From Phycisphaerales bacterium (lineage in GTDB: Bacteria > Planctomycetota > Phycisphaerae > Phycisphaerales > UBA1924): 64,000 nucleotides of DNA. Location: NCBI GenBank assembly GCA_035628115.1, contig DASPKL010000004.1, positions 13,001 through 77,000 of the forward strand, read 5' to 3'. The translations under genes were made by a program, and so were the position numbers. Positions 9,341 through 18,126 of the stretch are shown one piece after another. The stretch's first letter is position 1. Each line of letters begins with the position of its first letter. Under the pieces are notes generated by a model. The model searched no databases. It saw nothing but the letters and a program-made list of their open reading frames with translations, and was not told the DNA's origin.

Positions 9341-11353
9341 TTGCATCGTGCTCATTTCGGCCACCTCTTGTTGTTGCCCGCGGAGCAGTGTGCGCTCCGT
9401 CCATACCGTGGTGCCGTGCGAAGAATCGCCGCGATCGTGCTGGTTGTCGCCGGGGCCGTGATGCTCGCCGCGGCGCTGCGCGCGCCGGAGAAGCGGCCCG
9501 ACTTCGTCTTCGTGAACCGGGGCGACGTGACGACGCTCGACCTGGCGCAGATGTCGTGGCGGCAGGACTTCCGCGTGGCGCGGATGATCTACGAGGGGCT
9601 GACGCGCAACGACGTCTTCACGTGGAACTACGAGACGAGGCCGGGCGTGGCGGAGCGGTGGGAGGTCTCGCCCGACGGCCTTGTCTACACGTTTTTTCTC
9701 CGCGCCGACGCGAAGTGGAGCAACGGCGAGCCCGTGCGGGCGCAGGACTTTGTCTACTCGTGGCGGCGGGTGCTGCTGCCGGACCTCGCCGGCGACTACA
9801 TCAAGCTCGGCGCGGTGATCGAGGGTGCGGACGCGTTCACGAAGTGGCGCGCGGAAGAACTCGCGAAGTTCGCGGCCGACAGGACGATCACCGATCGGCG
9901 TCGCGCGGCGGAGGAGTTGTGGAGACGCACGGAGGAGCGCTTCGCGGCGACGGTGGGGGTGGAGGCCCTCGGCGAGCGCACGCTGCGGGTGACGCTGGAG
10001 CGCCCGACGCCGTACTTCCTCGACCTCACCAGTTTCTCGGTCTTTTACCCGGTCTACCCGCCGCTCGTGCGGGCGCACACAACCATCGACGACGCGACGG
10101 GCCTCCTCAAGACGAACCCGGACTGGACGCGGCCCGAGCGGCTCATCGGCAACGGGGCGTTCACGCTGGAGCGGTGGCGGTTCAAGCGCGACATGCGCTT
10201 CGCGAAGAACGAGCACTACTGGGACCGGGCGAACATCGCGCTGGACACGGTGGGCGTCGCGAGCATCCAGGACCCCAACGCGCAGGTGCTCGCGTTCACG
10301 ACCGGCGCCGTGGACTGGCTGACGGACGTGACGCCGTCGTACCGGGCCGACATCGTGCGCGACAAGCAGCGTTTCTACGCCGAGCACGCGGCGGAGGTCG
10401 CGTCGCTCAGGGCGCAGGGGCTCGACCCGGTGGAGATCGATCGGAGGCTCCCGAGCGACCCGCGCAACCGGATCCTGGTCCTGCCCGCGTTCGGAACGTA
10501 CTTCTATAACTTCAACTGCCGGCCGAGGATGCCCGACGGGCGGCCCAATCCGTTCGCCGACGCCCGGGTGCGGCGGGCGTTCGCCCTGGCGGTGGACAAG
10601 CAAGCGATCGTGGAGCACGTGCGGCGCGTGGGGGAGCCGACGACGGCGACGCTGATCCCGCGCGGAGCGCTGGCGGGGTACAAGTCGCCGGCGGGGCTGA
10701 CGCGGAACCCGGACGAATCGCGGCGGCTGCTCGCGGAGGCGGGGTACCCGCGGGGCGAGGGGCTGCCGACGATCGAGATCCTCTTCAACAAGGAGGGCGA
10801 GCACGAGCTTATCGCGCAGAGCGTCGCGAAGGACTGGGAGCGGGAGCTAGGCGTGCGCGTGGCGCTGCGGACGAAGGAGATCAAAGTCTTCCGCGAGGAC
10901 CTCAAGAACGGGGACTTCATGGTCAGCCGCGGCTCGTGGTTCGGCGATTACGGCGACCCGACGACGTTCCTCGACCTCTCGGCGAGCGACAACGGGAACA
11001 ACGACCGCAAGTATGCGAGCGCAGAGTTCGACGCGCTGCTCGCGCGGGCCGCCGACGAGGCGGACGCCGCGAAGCGGCTCGACATCCTCGCGGAGGCGGA
11101 GCGGATGATCGTGGAGCGCGACTTCCCGCTGCTCCCGATGTTCCACTACGCCGACCTGTACATGATCGATCCGCACCGCGTCACGGGCGTCTCGAGCCAC
11201 GCGCGGCAGGAGCAGAACGTGTACCTCTTCGACGTGCTCGGGGACGGCAAGGGGGCGGACGAGCCGAAGGTGATGCGCCGGGGCGACCCGTCGAAGGGCA
11301 ACTTCAAGCTGCAGATCGCGCCCGGAACGGACGGGGCCGGGGGCGCGTCATGA
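9341..11353 (+). CDS. ABC transporter substrate-binding protein, family 5 (oligopeptide/dipeptide-type)
   Basis: 670-aa ORF with a size and sequence pattern typical of OppA/DppA-like SBPs (WSNGEPV.A.DFVYSW, FNKEGEHE). N-terminal signal anchor IAAIVLVVAGAVMLAAAL. The true start may be the in-frame GTG at 9416. Confidence 0.8.
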   Translation: MHRAHFGHLLLLPAEQCALRPYRGAVRRIAAIVLVVAGAVMLAAALRAPEKRPDFVFVNRGDVTTLDLAQMSWRQDFRVARMIYEGLTRNDVFTWNYETRPGVAERWEVSPDGLVYTFFLRADAKWSNGEPVRAQDFVYSWRRVLLPDLAGDYIKLGAVIEGADAFTKWRAEELAKFAADRTITDRRRAAEELWRRTEERFAATVGVEALGERTLRVTLERPTPYFLDLTSFSVFYPVYPPLVRAHTTIDDATGLLKTNPDWTRPERLIGNGAFTLERWRFKRDMRFAKNEHYWDRANIALDTVGVASIQDPNAQVLAFTTGAVDWLTDVTPSYRADIVRDKQRFYAEHAAEVASLRAQGLDPVEIDRRLPSDPRNRILVLPAFGTYFYNFNCRPRMPDGRPNPFADARVRRAFALAVDKQAIVEHVRRVGEPTTATLIPRGALAGYKSPAGLTRNPDESRRLLAEAGYPRGEGLPTIEILFNKEGEHELIAQSVAKDWERELGVRVALRTKEIKVFREDLKNGDFMVSRGSWFGDYGDPTTFLDLSASDNGNNDRKYASAEFDALLARAADEADAAKRLDILAEAERMIVERDFPLLPMFHYADLYMIDPHRVTGVSSHARQEQNVYLFDVLGDGKGADEPKVMRRGDPSKGNFKLQIAPGTDGAGGAS

Positions 11354-12357
11354 CCGGGTTGATCCTGCGCCGGTTCCTCCAGCTGCCCATCGTGCTCCTC
11401 GCGATCTTCACGCTCGCGCTCTCGCTTGCGTGGGCGATCCCGGGCAACCCGCTCGAGAACCCGGAGGGGCGCCGGCCGCCGCCCGAGGTCGAGCGCGCGA
11501 TGAAGGCGCAGTACAACCTCGACGGGTTCTGGTCGTTCTACGGCTCGTACCTCGCGGGCGTGAGCGGCGTCGCGTACGCGCGCGATGCGCTGTCGGGCGA
11601 GTTGAGGCGTGAGCGCGACGCGGCGCAGGCCCTGGGGCAGGCGCCCGCGCGGCGGTTCGTGTTCGACCTCGGCCCGAGCCTCCAGTACCGCGACCAGCGG
11701 GTGAACGATGTGCTGGCCGGGAGCCTGCCCGTGTCCATGGCGCTGGGGCTGTGCGCGATCGGGATCGCGCTGGTGCTGGGCGTGGGCGCCGGCGTGGCGG
11801 GGGCGTTGCGGCCCCGCTCGCTCATGGACACGCTCACGCTCTCCGTGGCGCTCGTGGGGGTGAGCCTGCCGAGCTTCGTCGTCGGCACGATCATGCTCAC
11901 GGTGGGCGGCATCTGGCTCGGGTGGTTCGAGGTTGGGTCGTGGCGGCCGCCGGGCTCGATGGTGCTGCCGGCGTTCACGCTCAGCCTGCCCTTCGCCGCG
12001 TACATCGCACGCCTCACCCGGATGGGGATGATCGAGCAGCTTTCGAGCGACTACGTGCGCACCGCGAGGGCGAAAGGCGTGTCGGAGCCGCGCGTCGTGC
12101 TGGTGCACGCGCTGCGCAACGCGTTCCTGCCGGTGCTGAGCTACCTGGGGCCGGCGACGGCGCTGGCGATGACGGGGTCGTTCGTCGTGGAGGTGGTGTT
12201 CAGCGTCCCCGGGATGGGGCAGCACTTCGTGAACGCCGTGCAGAACAAGGACCTGTTCCTGATCCTCGGCGTCGTGCTGGTCTTCTCGACGATCCTCGTG
12301 CTCATGAACCTCGCGGTGGACGTGCTTATACGGGTTCTTGACCCGCGTGCGGCGTGA
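11350..12357 (+). CDS. ABC transporter permease (OppB/DppB-like)
   Basis: ATG 11350-11352 overlaps the SBP stop (ATGA). 335 aa begin MTGLILRRFLQLPIVLLAIF with multiple TM segments. The EAA-like loop region is SSDYVRTARAKGVSE. Confidence 0.85.
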   Translation: MTGLILRRFLQLPIVLLAIFTLALSLAWAIPGNPLENPEGRRPPPEVERAMKAQYNLDGFWSFYGSYLAGVSGVAYARDALSGELRRERDAAQALGQAPARRFVFDLGPSLQYRDQRVNDVLAGSLPVSMALGLCAIGIALVLGVGAGVAGALRPRSLMDTLTLSVALVGVSLPSFVVGTIMLTVGGIWLGWFEVGSWRPPGSMVLPAFTLSLPFAAYIARLTRMGMIEQLSSDYVRTARAKGVSEPRVVLVHALRNAFLPVLSYLGPATALAMTGSFVVEVVFSVPGMGQHFVNAVQNKDLFLILGVVLVFSTILVLMNLAVDVLIRVLDPRAA

Positions 12358-13171
12358 CGCGCCCGGCGGTCTCCGCCGGCTGCTCGCGCTTGCGGCGCGC
12401 GTGCAGGGCGACGGCCCAGGGGATCGTGAGGACGTAGACGCCGGCGAGCCCGGCGAGCGTGAGCCAGGGCCTGCGGATCATCAGCGCCATCAGCACGACG
12501 AGCAGCACGAGAGGCAGCACGGCGTACTTGCGGGGCACGCGCACGCCCTTGAGGGCGAACATCGGCACGCGGCTGACCATCAGCAGCGCGATGACGAGCG
12601 TATAGGCCGCGACGGCCCAGTCCGGCGGACGCCACGCGATCGCGCCCGAGGCGAGCAGGAACGCGGGGACGAGGACGGCCCCGGCGCCCGCGGGCGTGGG
12701 CATGCCGGTAAAGAAGATCGAGCCGCGCGCCTTGGGCTTCTGCTCCCGCGCCTCCCTGGGCGTCGGGACCGGCCCGAGGTTCGCGGTGTACCGGGCCAGG
12801 CGCATCGCCGAGCAGATGGCGAAGGTCATGACGGCGACGAGGCCGAGCGTGTCGTCGAAGCGACGCGTCGGCTCGGCGAGCACCCACTGGTGGATGATGA
12901 GCGCGGGCGCGACCCCGAAGGCGAGGAAGTCCGAGAGGGAGTCGAGCACGGCGCCGAAGCGGCTCTGCACGCGCAGGAGGCGGGCGGCCAGGCCGTCGAG
13001 CACGTCGAAGATGCCGGCGAGCACGATCGCCGCGAGCGACCGTTCCCATTGCTCGAGCAGCACGTAGTGGATGCTCGCGAGGCCCGAGCAGAGCGCGAGC
13101 GTCGTGAGCATGTTGGGGACGAGGACCGCGAGGGGCACGTCGCGCCCGGGCTTGTTGAGTCGGAGGAACAC
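12326..13171 (-). CDS. pssA: CDP-diacylglycerol--serine O-phosphatidyltransferase
   Basis: CDP-alcohol phosphatidyltransferase motif DVLDGLAARLLRVQSRFGAVLDSLSD in a polytopic 281-aa protein. It lies directly downstream of psd. Confidence 0.85.
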   Translation of the reverse strand: MFLRLNKPGRDVPLAVLVPNMLTTLALCSGLASIHYVLLEQWERSLAAIVLAGIFDVLDGLAARLLRVQSRFGAVLDSLSDFLAFGVAPALIIHQWVLAEPTRRFDDTLGLVAVMTFAICSAMRLARYTANLGPVPTPREAREQKPKARGSIFFTGMPTPAGAGAVLVPAFLLASGAIAWRPPDWAVAAYTLVIALLMVSRVPMFALKGVRVPRKYAVLPLVLLVVLMALMIRRPWLTLAGLAGVYVLTIPWAVALHARRKREQPAETAGRVTPHAGQEPV

Positions 13172-13172
13172 G

Positions 13173-13910
13173 TCAGGCTCCTGCGGGCAGGTGCGCGATG
13201 ATCGACGAGCCGCCGGCGACGCGCTGCCCCTTGGCGACGAGCACGCGCGAGCCCGCCGGGAGAAAAACGTCCGTGCGCGAACCGAAGCGGATGAGGCCGA
13301 AGCGCTCGCCGGCGCGGAGGCTCTGGCCCTGGGCCGCGCGGCAAACGATGCGGCGGGCGATGAGCCCCGTCACCTGCACGACGACGACGATGGCGCCCGA
13401 GGCGCGCTCGATCGCCAGCGACGCGCGCTGGTTGTGCTGCGCCTCGGGCCTGCCCGCGTGGGCGAACTTGCCCGCCTTGCGTGCCGCGGCGATCACCCTG
13501 CCTGCGACGGGCGAGCGGTTGACGTGCACGTCGAAGACGTTGAGAAAGATGACGATCTTGGTCCACTCCCCGCCCTTGAGGCCCAACTCCTCCGGCGGCG
13601 CGCCGGGCTCGACGGAGAGGATCACGCCGTCCGCGGGGCTCACGACCAGGCCCGGTGCGTCCGGGATCGGGCGCTGCGGATCGCGGAAAAACCAGAGGCA
13701 AAAGAGCGCGACAAGCAGGGGCGGCACGGCGAGGGCGAGCCCGGCGGGGCCGAGCCACGCCCAGCCTCCGGCCGCGGCGGCGACCGTGAGCAGGAAAGCT
13801 CCGAAAACAAAGGGCCAGCCCTCGCGCGCGATCGGCGCGGAGGGGTCGTCGGGCCTCGAGGGCGGCGCGGCGTCGAGACCGGGTGCGGCGGGCTGGGGGA
13901 CGGCGCTCAT
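13173..13910 (-). CDS. psd: phosphatidylserine decarboxylase proenzyme (short form)
   Basis: Self-cleavage site region FGLIRFGSRTDVFLP (GS-[ST] motif) near the C-terminus, with an N-terminal TM segment. ATG at 13908-13910 is preferred. The maximal ORF start is at 13961. One-nt gap to pssA. Confidence 0.8.
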   Translation of the reverse strand: MSAVPQPAAPGLDAAPPSRPDDPSAPIAREGWPFVFGAFLLTVAAAAGGWAWLGPAGLALAVPPLLVALFCLWFFRDPQRPIPDAPGLVVSPADGVILSVEPGAPPEELGLKGGEWTKIVIFLNVFDVHVNRSPVAGRVIAAARKAGKFAHAGRPEAQHNQRASLAIERASGAIVVVVQVTGLIARRIVCRAAQGQSLRAGERFGLIRFGSRTDVFLPAGSRVLVAKGQRVAGGSSIIAHLPAGA

Positions 13911-13986
13911 GGTTGATGGTAGATTCCGGTCGAGGGATGCGCCCGAATGACTTGTGCGCACAGCCGCCCGCGGTTACATTGCTTTC

Positions 13987-15711
13987 ATGCGGATAACCGC
14001 GCTCGTCGTCGCCCTCGCGGGCGGGGTTGTGCCGATGGGCGCCAACGGCGCGGGCCCCGGAGCGCAGGAGCCGGCGCGCGCGGCGATCGCCGCGTTCAGC
14101 GGCCGGGTCGAGCCCGACCGTGTATGGGTGCGGTTCAGCGACTTCTTCGCGGTCGAAGCCGTGAACGGCGAGCTGGTGTGGGAGAAGGCGCTCGCGCCCG
14201 CCCGCGGCTTCCCGGAGGGATCGTGGGCGCTCGCGCACCACGTCGACCGCGCGGAATTGCGCCGCCAGCGCGACGTTGCGCAGGCGAGTCTCGGGCGCGC
14301 GCTGCCCGACCTCTCGCAGGAGTTCATCCTGCAGTTGCCGGCCGGCGCGGACCTCGAGGCCGCGATCGACACGCTGCGGGCGATGAGCGTCGTCGAGAAC
14401 GCGCTCCCGGTGCCTCTGCCGGAGCCGCCGACGCTCCCGCCGAACTATGCGCCGTCGCAGCAATACAACGGCGCGGCGACGGTCGGCGTCGGCTGCTCGC
14501 CGACGTGGGACTGGCCGGGCGGCGCGGGCGAGGACGTGCGCATCTGCGACATCGAGTACTCGTACAACCCGTCGCACATCGACCTGCCGCCGATCACGCG
14601 GCTCGGCCCCCCGTCGGGCAACAACCCATGGGCGGACCACGGCACGGCCGTCTTCGGGCAGATGCTCTCGCGCAACAACTCGTGGGGCACGGTCGGCGGC
14701 GTCTACAACGCCGACGGGTACATCGCGCACCCGCTCACGGCGAGCGGCTACAGCAACGCCGCGGCGATCACGAACGCGATCGCGGGCCTGCGTGCGGGCG
14801 ACATCATCCTGATCGAACAGCAGATGACGGGGCCGACGGGCGTGTACTGCCCGGTGGAGTGGCATCGGCCGACGTACGACGCGATCGTGCAGGCGGTGGG
14901 GAACGGGATCGTGGTGGTCGAGGCGGCGGGCAACGGCGGGGCGAACCTCGACGGTGCCGCCTTCAACACGGGCAACGGCGGGCACCGGCCCTTCCAGCTC
15001 GCCAACGACAGCGGCGCCGTCATCGTGGGCGCGGGCGGCGCGGGGGCGGGAGGCTCGGTCGCCGATCGGTCTCGGCTCAACTTCTCCTGCTACGGCGCGA
15101 CGGTGGACATGCAGGGGTGGGGCGAGCGGATCGTGACGTGCGGGTACGGCGACTTGTTCGCGAGCGAAGGCGCGAACGCCTGGTATACGGACGACTTCGG
15201 CGGCACGAGCGGCGCGTCGCCGATCGTGGTGAACGCGGCCGCGACGGTGCAGGGCGTGATGCGGGCGGTCACGGGCTCGCCGCTCACGCCGGCGCAGGTG
15301 CGCGAGGCGTTGATGGCGACGGGCTCGCCGCAGATGCCCGGGTCATTCCCGGTCACGCAGCGCATCGGGCCGCGGCCGAATGCTCCGGCGGCTCTGATGC
15401 TGCTCTTCGGGGCGGCGGACTGCGACGGGAACAGCCGGCCGGACGCGGTGGATATCGCGCTCTCGCCGGCGCTCGACGCGGACGCCAACGGCGTGCCCGA
15501 CGCGTGCGAGTGCGGCTCCGTCGACTACAACAACGACGGTCTCTTCCCCGACAACCAGGACCTCGAGGACTTCCTGAGCGTCTTCGGCGGCGGCGCGTGC
15601 AGCACGGGCGCATGCGGCGATCTCGACTTCAACAACGATGGATTGTTCCCGGACAGCCGCGACGTCGAAGCCTTCTTCAGCGTCTTCGGCGGGGGGCCGT
15701 GCGTCCGCTGA
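13987..15711 (+). CDS. secreted S8 (subtilisin-like) serine peptidase with C-terminal dockerin/EF-hand-like twin repeats
   Basis: Catalytic motifs VRICDIEYS (Asp), ADHGTAVFG (His), AAGNGGAN (oxyanion Asn) and GGTSGASPIV (Ser). Signal-like MRITALVVALAGG from ATG 13987. The C-terminal motifs are D[YF]NNDGLFPD...F[LF]SVFGGGxC, present twice. Confidence 0.82.
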   Translation: MRITALVVALAGGVVPMGANGAGPGAQEPARAAIAAFSGRVEPDRVWVRFSDFFAVEAVNGELVWEKALAPARGFPEGSWALAHHVDRAELRRQRDVAQASLGRALPDLSQEFILQLPAGADLEAAIDTLRAMSVVENALPVPLPEPPTLPPNYAPSQQYNGAATVGVGCSPTWDWPGGAGEDVRICDIEYSYNPSHIDLPPITRLGPPSGNNPWADHGTAVFGQMLSRNNSWGTVGGVYNADGYIAHPLTASGYSNAAAITNAIAGLRAGDIILIEQQMTGPTGVYCPVEWHRPTYDAIVQAVGNGIVVVEAAGNGGANLDGAAFNTGNGGHRPFQLANDSGAVIVGAGGAGAGGSVADRSRLNFSCYGATVDMQGWGERIVTCGYGDLFASEGANAWYTDDFGGTSGASPIVVNAAATVQGVMRAVTGSPLTPAQVREALMATGSPQMPGSFPVTQRIGPRPNAPAALMLLFGAADCDGNSRPDAVDIALSPALDADANGVPDACECGSVDYNNDGLFPDNQDLEDFLSVFGGGACSTGACGDLDFNNDGLFPDSRDVEAFFSVFGGGPCVR

Positions 15712-15830
15712 GCGGCGCTCGGACGCGACGGGCGGGTGGCATCGCCCCGGCTCTCGGCCGGCTGGTGCGCGGTGGTCTGATCCGGAATCGGGTCTCGAAC
15801 GGCCGGCCGGCCGCCGCCGCGATGACGCGT

Positions 15831-17003
15831 TCAGGCGCGGTAGGCGTTCGCGACCTTCGCCAGCGCTTCGCCCACGACGCGGAAGTGGTCGTCGGTGAGG
15901 TCGTGGTGCATCGGCAGCGCGAGCACGCGCTCGGCGAGCGAGTCGGCGACGGGCGTGTCGTCTTGGCCGAAGCGCTCCAGCGCCGGCTGCTTGGGGAGCG
16001 GACGCGGGTAGTGCACGGCGGTGGGGACGCCCTCGGCCTTGAGGGCCGCGGCGAAGTGATCGCGGGTGCAGGTAAAGGCGCGCGGGTCGATCTGGATGAC
16101 GTACAGGTGCCAGACGCTCTGCGCACCGGGCGTCTCCGACGGTGCAGAGAGGCCGGGGATGGACCGGACGATCTTGGTGTACCGCGCCGCGTTGGCCTGG
16201 CGCTGCCTGGTCTGCGCGGGCAGGCGGTCGAGGCGCGAGACGCCGATGGCGCCGGCCAGATCGTTGAGGCGGTAGTTGTACCCGACCTGCTCGTGCAGGT
16301 ACTTGTCCGTCTCGCCGTGGCTGCGGAGGAGCTGGATCTCCCGCGCCAACCCGTCGTCGTTGCACGTGATGAGGCCGCCCTCGCCGGTGGCGAGGTTCTT
16401 GGTGGCGTAGAGCGAGTACGTCACCGCGTCGCCGAACTCGCCGAGGCCCTTGCCCTTGTACGTGGCGAGGTGCGCCTGCGCGGCGTCGTAGATCGTCATC
16501 AGGTTGTGCTTCTCGGCGAGGGCCTGGAGCGGGTCGATGTCCACCGGGCACCCGTACAGGTGCGTCGCGGCGATCGCGGTGGTGTTGCGGGTCAGCTTGC
16601 GGGCCGCGTCCTCGGGGTCCATCTGGCAGGTGTCCGGGAGCGCGTCGACAAAGATCGGGTTGCCGCCGCGGGCGACGACCATGCTCACCGTGGCGATGTA
16701 GCTCCACGCGGGGACGAGGACGTCGTCGCCGGGCTGGAAGAGGGGCTCGTAGGCGAGCTGGAGAGCGACCGTGCCGTTGGCGCAGGTCATCGCGTGCTTG
16801 GCGCCCGTCATCGCCGCCCAGCGCTGCTCGAACTCCTCGCACTTCTTGGCGGCGCGGAGCATGCCGCTGTCGAGGACCTTCATGACAGCGTCTTTGTCCG
16901 CTTGGCTCAGGGCCGTGGACATGAACGGGACGGGGGTGCTCGAGACCGGTGTGCCCCCGTTGATGGCCAGGGCCTTGGCGGGCGAGATCGTGGCGCTTGT
17001 CAT
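15831..17003 (-). CDS. DegT/DnrJ/EryC1/StrS-family PLP-dependent sugar aminotransferase
   Basis: 390-aa ORF with typical family blocks: FEQRWAAMTGAKHAMTCANGTVAL, and YSLYATKNLATGEGG containing the PLP-Lys. Confidence 0.88.
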   Translation of the reverse strand: MTSATISPAKALAINGGTPVSSTPVPFMSTALSQADKDAVMKVLDSGMLRAAKKCEEFEQRWAAMTGAKHAMTCANGTVALQLAYEPLFQPGDDVLVPAWSYIATVSMVVARGGNPIFVDALPDTCQMDPEDAARKLTRNTTAIAATHLYGCPVDIDPLQALAEKHNLMTIYDAAQAHLATYKGKGLGEFGDAVTYSLYATKNLATGEGGLITCNDDGLAREIQLLRSHGETDKYLHEQVGYNYRLNDLAGAIGVSRLDRLPAQTRQRQANAARYTKIVRSIPGLSAPSETPGAQSVWHLYVIQIDPRAFTCTRDHFAAALKAEGVPTAVHYPRPLPKQPALERFGQDDTPVADSLAERVLALPMHHDLTDDHFRVVGEALAKVANAYRA

Positions 17004-17130
17004 ATGGGGGGCAGGGTAGACCGCTCATTCTCAAATACAGGCGTTTGTTCGGGCTTTTTCAGGGAAGATTCACGCGCGTTCTTCGGCGGGGGAACTCCGG
17101 ACAACCCTTCCGGCGTATATTGATCAACAC

Positions 17131-18126
17131 ATGCCCACCGACATTCTGACGGACACAACCCGGGCGCGGACCACGCTCCGCGCCGCACGGGCGTCGGCGG
17201 TCGCGGCGATCCTCTCCAGCATGCTCCTCGGCGCGGGCGCCGCCCGCGCCGACGAGGGGTTTGCGCCGGCGGCGCCGGGGATCTGGACGACGCAACGCCC
17301 CGCGAACGCGACGGACGGCGAGCGGTTCGGCTCGAGGGCGGTCCTGCGCCCGAGCCAGGACGCGTTCATGGGTTTCGCGGTGCCGACCGTGATCCAGGAG
17401 GTCCTCGTCCGGAGCGGCGAGCCCGTGAAGAAGGGCGACCTGATCGTGCGGGGCGACGACGTGGAGGAGGAAGCGCTGCTGCGCATCCACCGCGAGCGCC
17501 TCCGCCGGCCCCTCGCCGTCGAAGAGGCCAAGGCGCAGATGGACTTGGCGCAGGTCGAGTACGAGCGCATCCTGGAACTCGAGAAGAAGAGCGCCTCGGG
17601 CACGCAGGAAGTCGAGCGTGCCCGGCTGAACGCCGTCGTCGCGAAGCTGCGCCACGAGCTCGCGCTGAGCGAGCGCACGCAGGAGGAGATCCAGCTCGAC
17701 TGGCGGCGGGCGCGTGTCGAGAAGTACCGCGTCGTCGCGCCCTTCGACGGCATCGTGGACACGGTGGTTCCCGACGTCGGGCAGATCGTCAACGAGAACG
17801 AGAAGATCGTGCGCGTGGTGGACGTCGACCCCCTCTGGATCGACGTGCCGGCGCCGATGAACGCGGCGGCGACGCTGTCGCTCGCGAAGGGCGACGCCGC
17901 CTGGGTCCTCTGCCCCGCGCCCGGCGGCGCGACGGTGTACGAGGCGCGCGTGATCGAGGTCGCGCCGACGGCGGACGCGGCGAGCTCGTCGCGCCGTGTG
18001 CGCGTGGAGGTCGCGAACCCGGACGGGCCGCACCGGCTGCTCGCGGGCCAGAACGCGTGGGTGACCTTCGAGCGGCCGCGCGGCCTGCCGGCGGCGACGG
18101 CGCGCGGCGCGGAGGCGAACCGGTGA
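17131..18126 (+). CDS. membrane-fusion (HlyD/RND-adaptor family) protein
   Basis: 331 aa with a signal/anchor AILSSMLLGAGAARA and a lipoyl-like hairpin VIQEVLVRSGEPVKKGDLIVRGD ... RVVAPFDGIVD. A coiled-coil segment lies between the two halves. Confidence 0.8.
   Translation: MPTDILTDTTRARTTLRAARASAVAAILSSMLLGAGAARADEGFAPAAPGIWTTQRPANATDGERFGSRAVLRPSQDAFMGFAVPTVIQEVLVRSGEPVKKGDLIVRGDDVEEEALLRIHRERLRRPLAVEEAKAQMDLAQVEYERILELEKKSASGTQEVERARLNAVVAKLRHELALSERTQEEIQLDWRRARVEKYRVVAPFDGIVDTVVPDVGQIVNENEKIVRVVDVDPLWIDVPAPMNAAATLSLAKGDAAWVLCPAPGGATVYEARVIEVAPTADAASSSRRVRVEVANPDGPHRLLAGQNAWVTFERPRGLPAATARGAEANR

Noticed and set aside
13947-17123. 1058-aa plus-strand ORF
   Set aside because: It is out of frame with the S8 peptidase and antisense to the DegT aminotransferase. 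It has an Arg/Gly-rich composition and no domain signatures.
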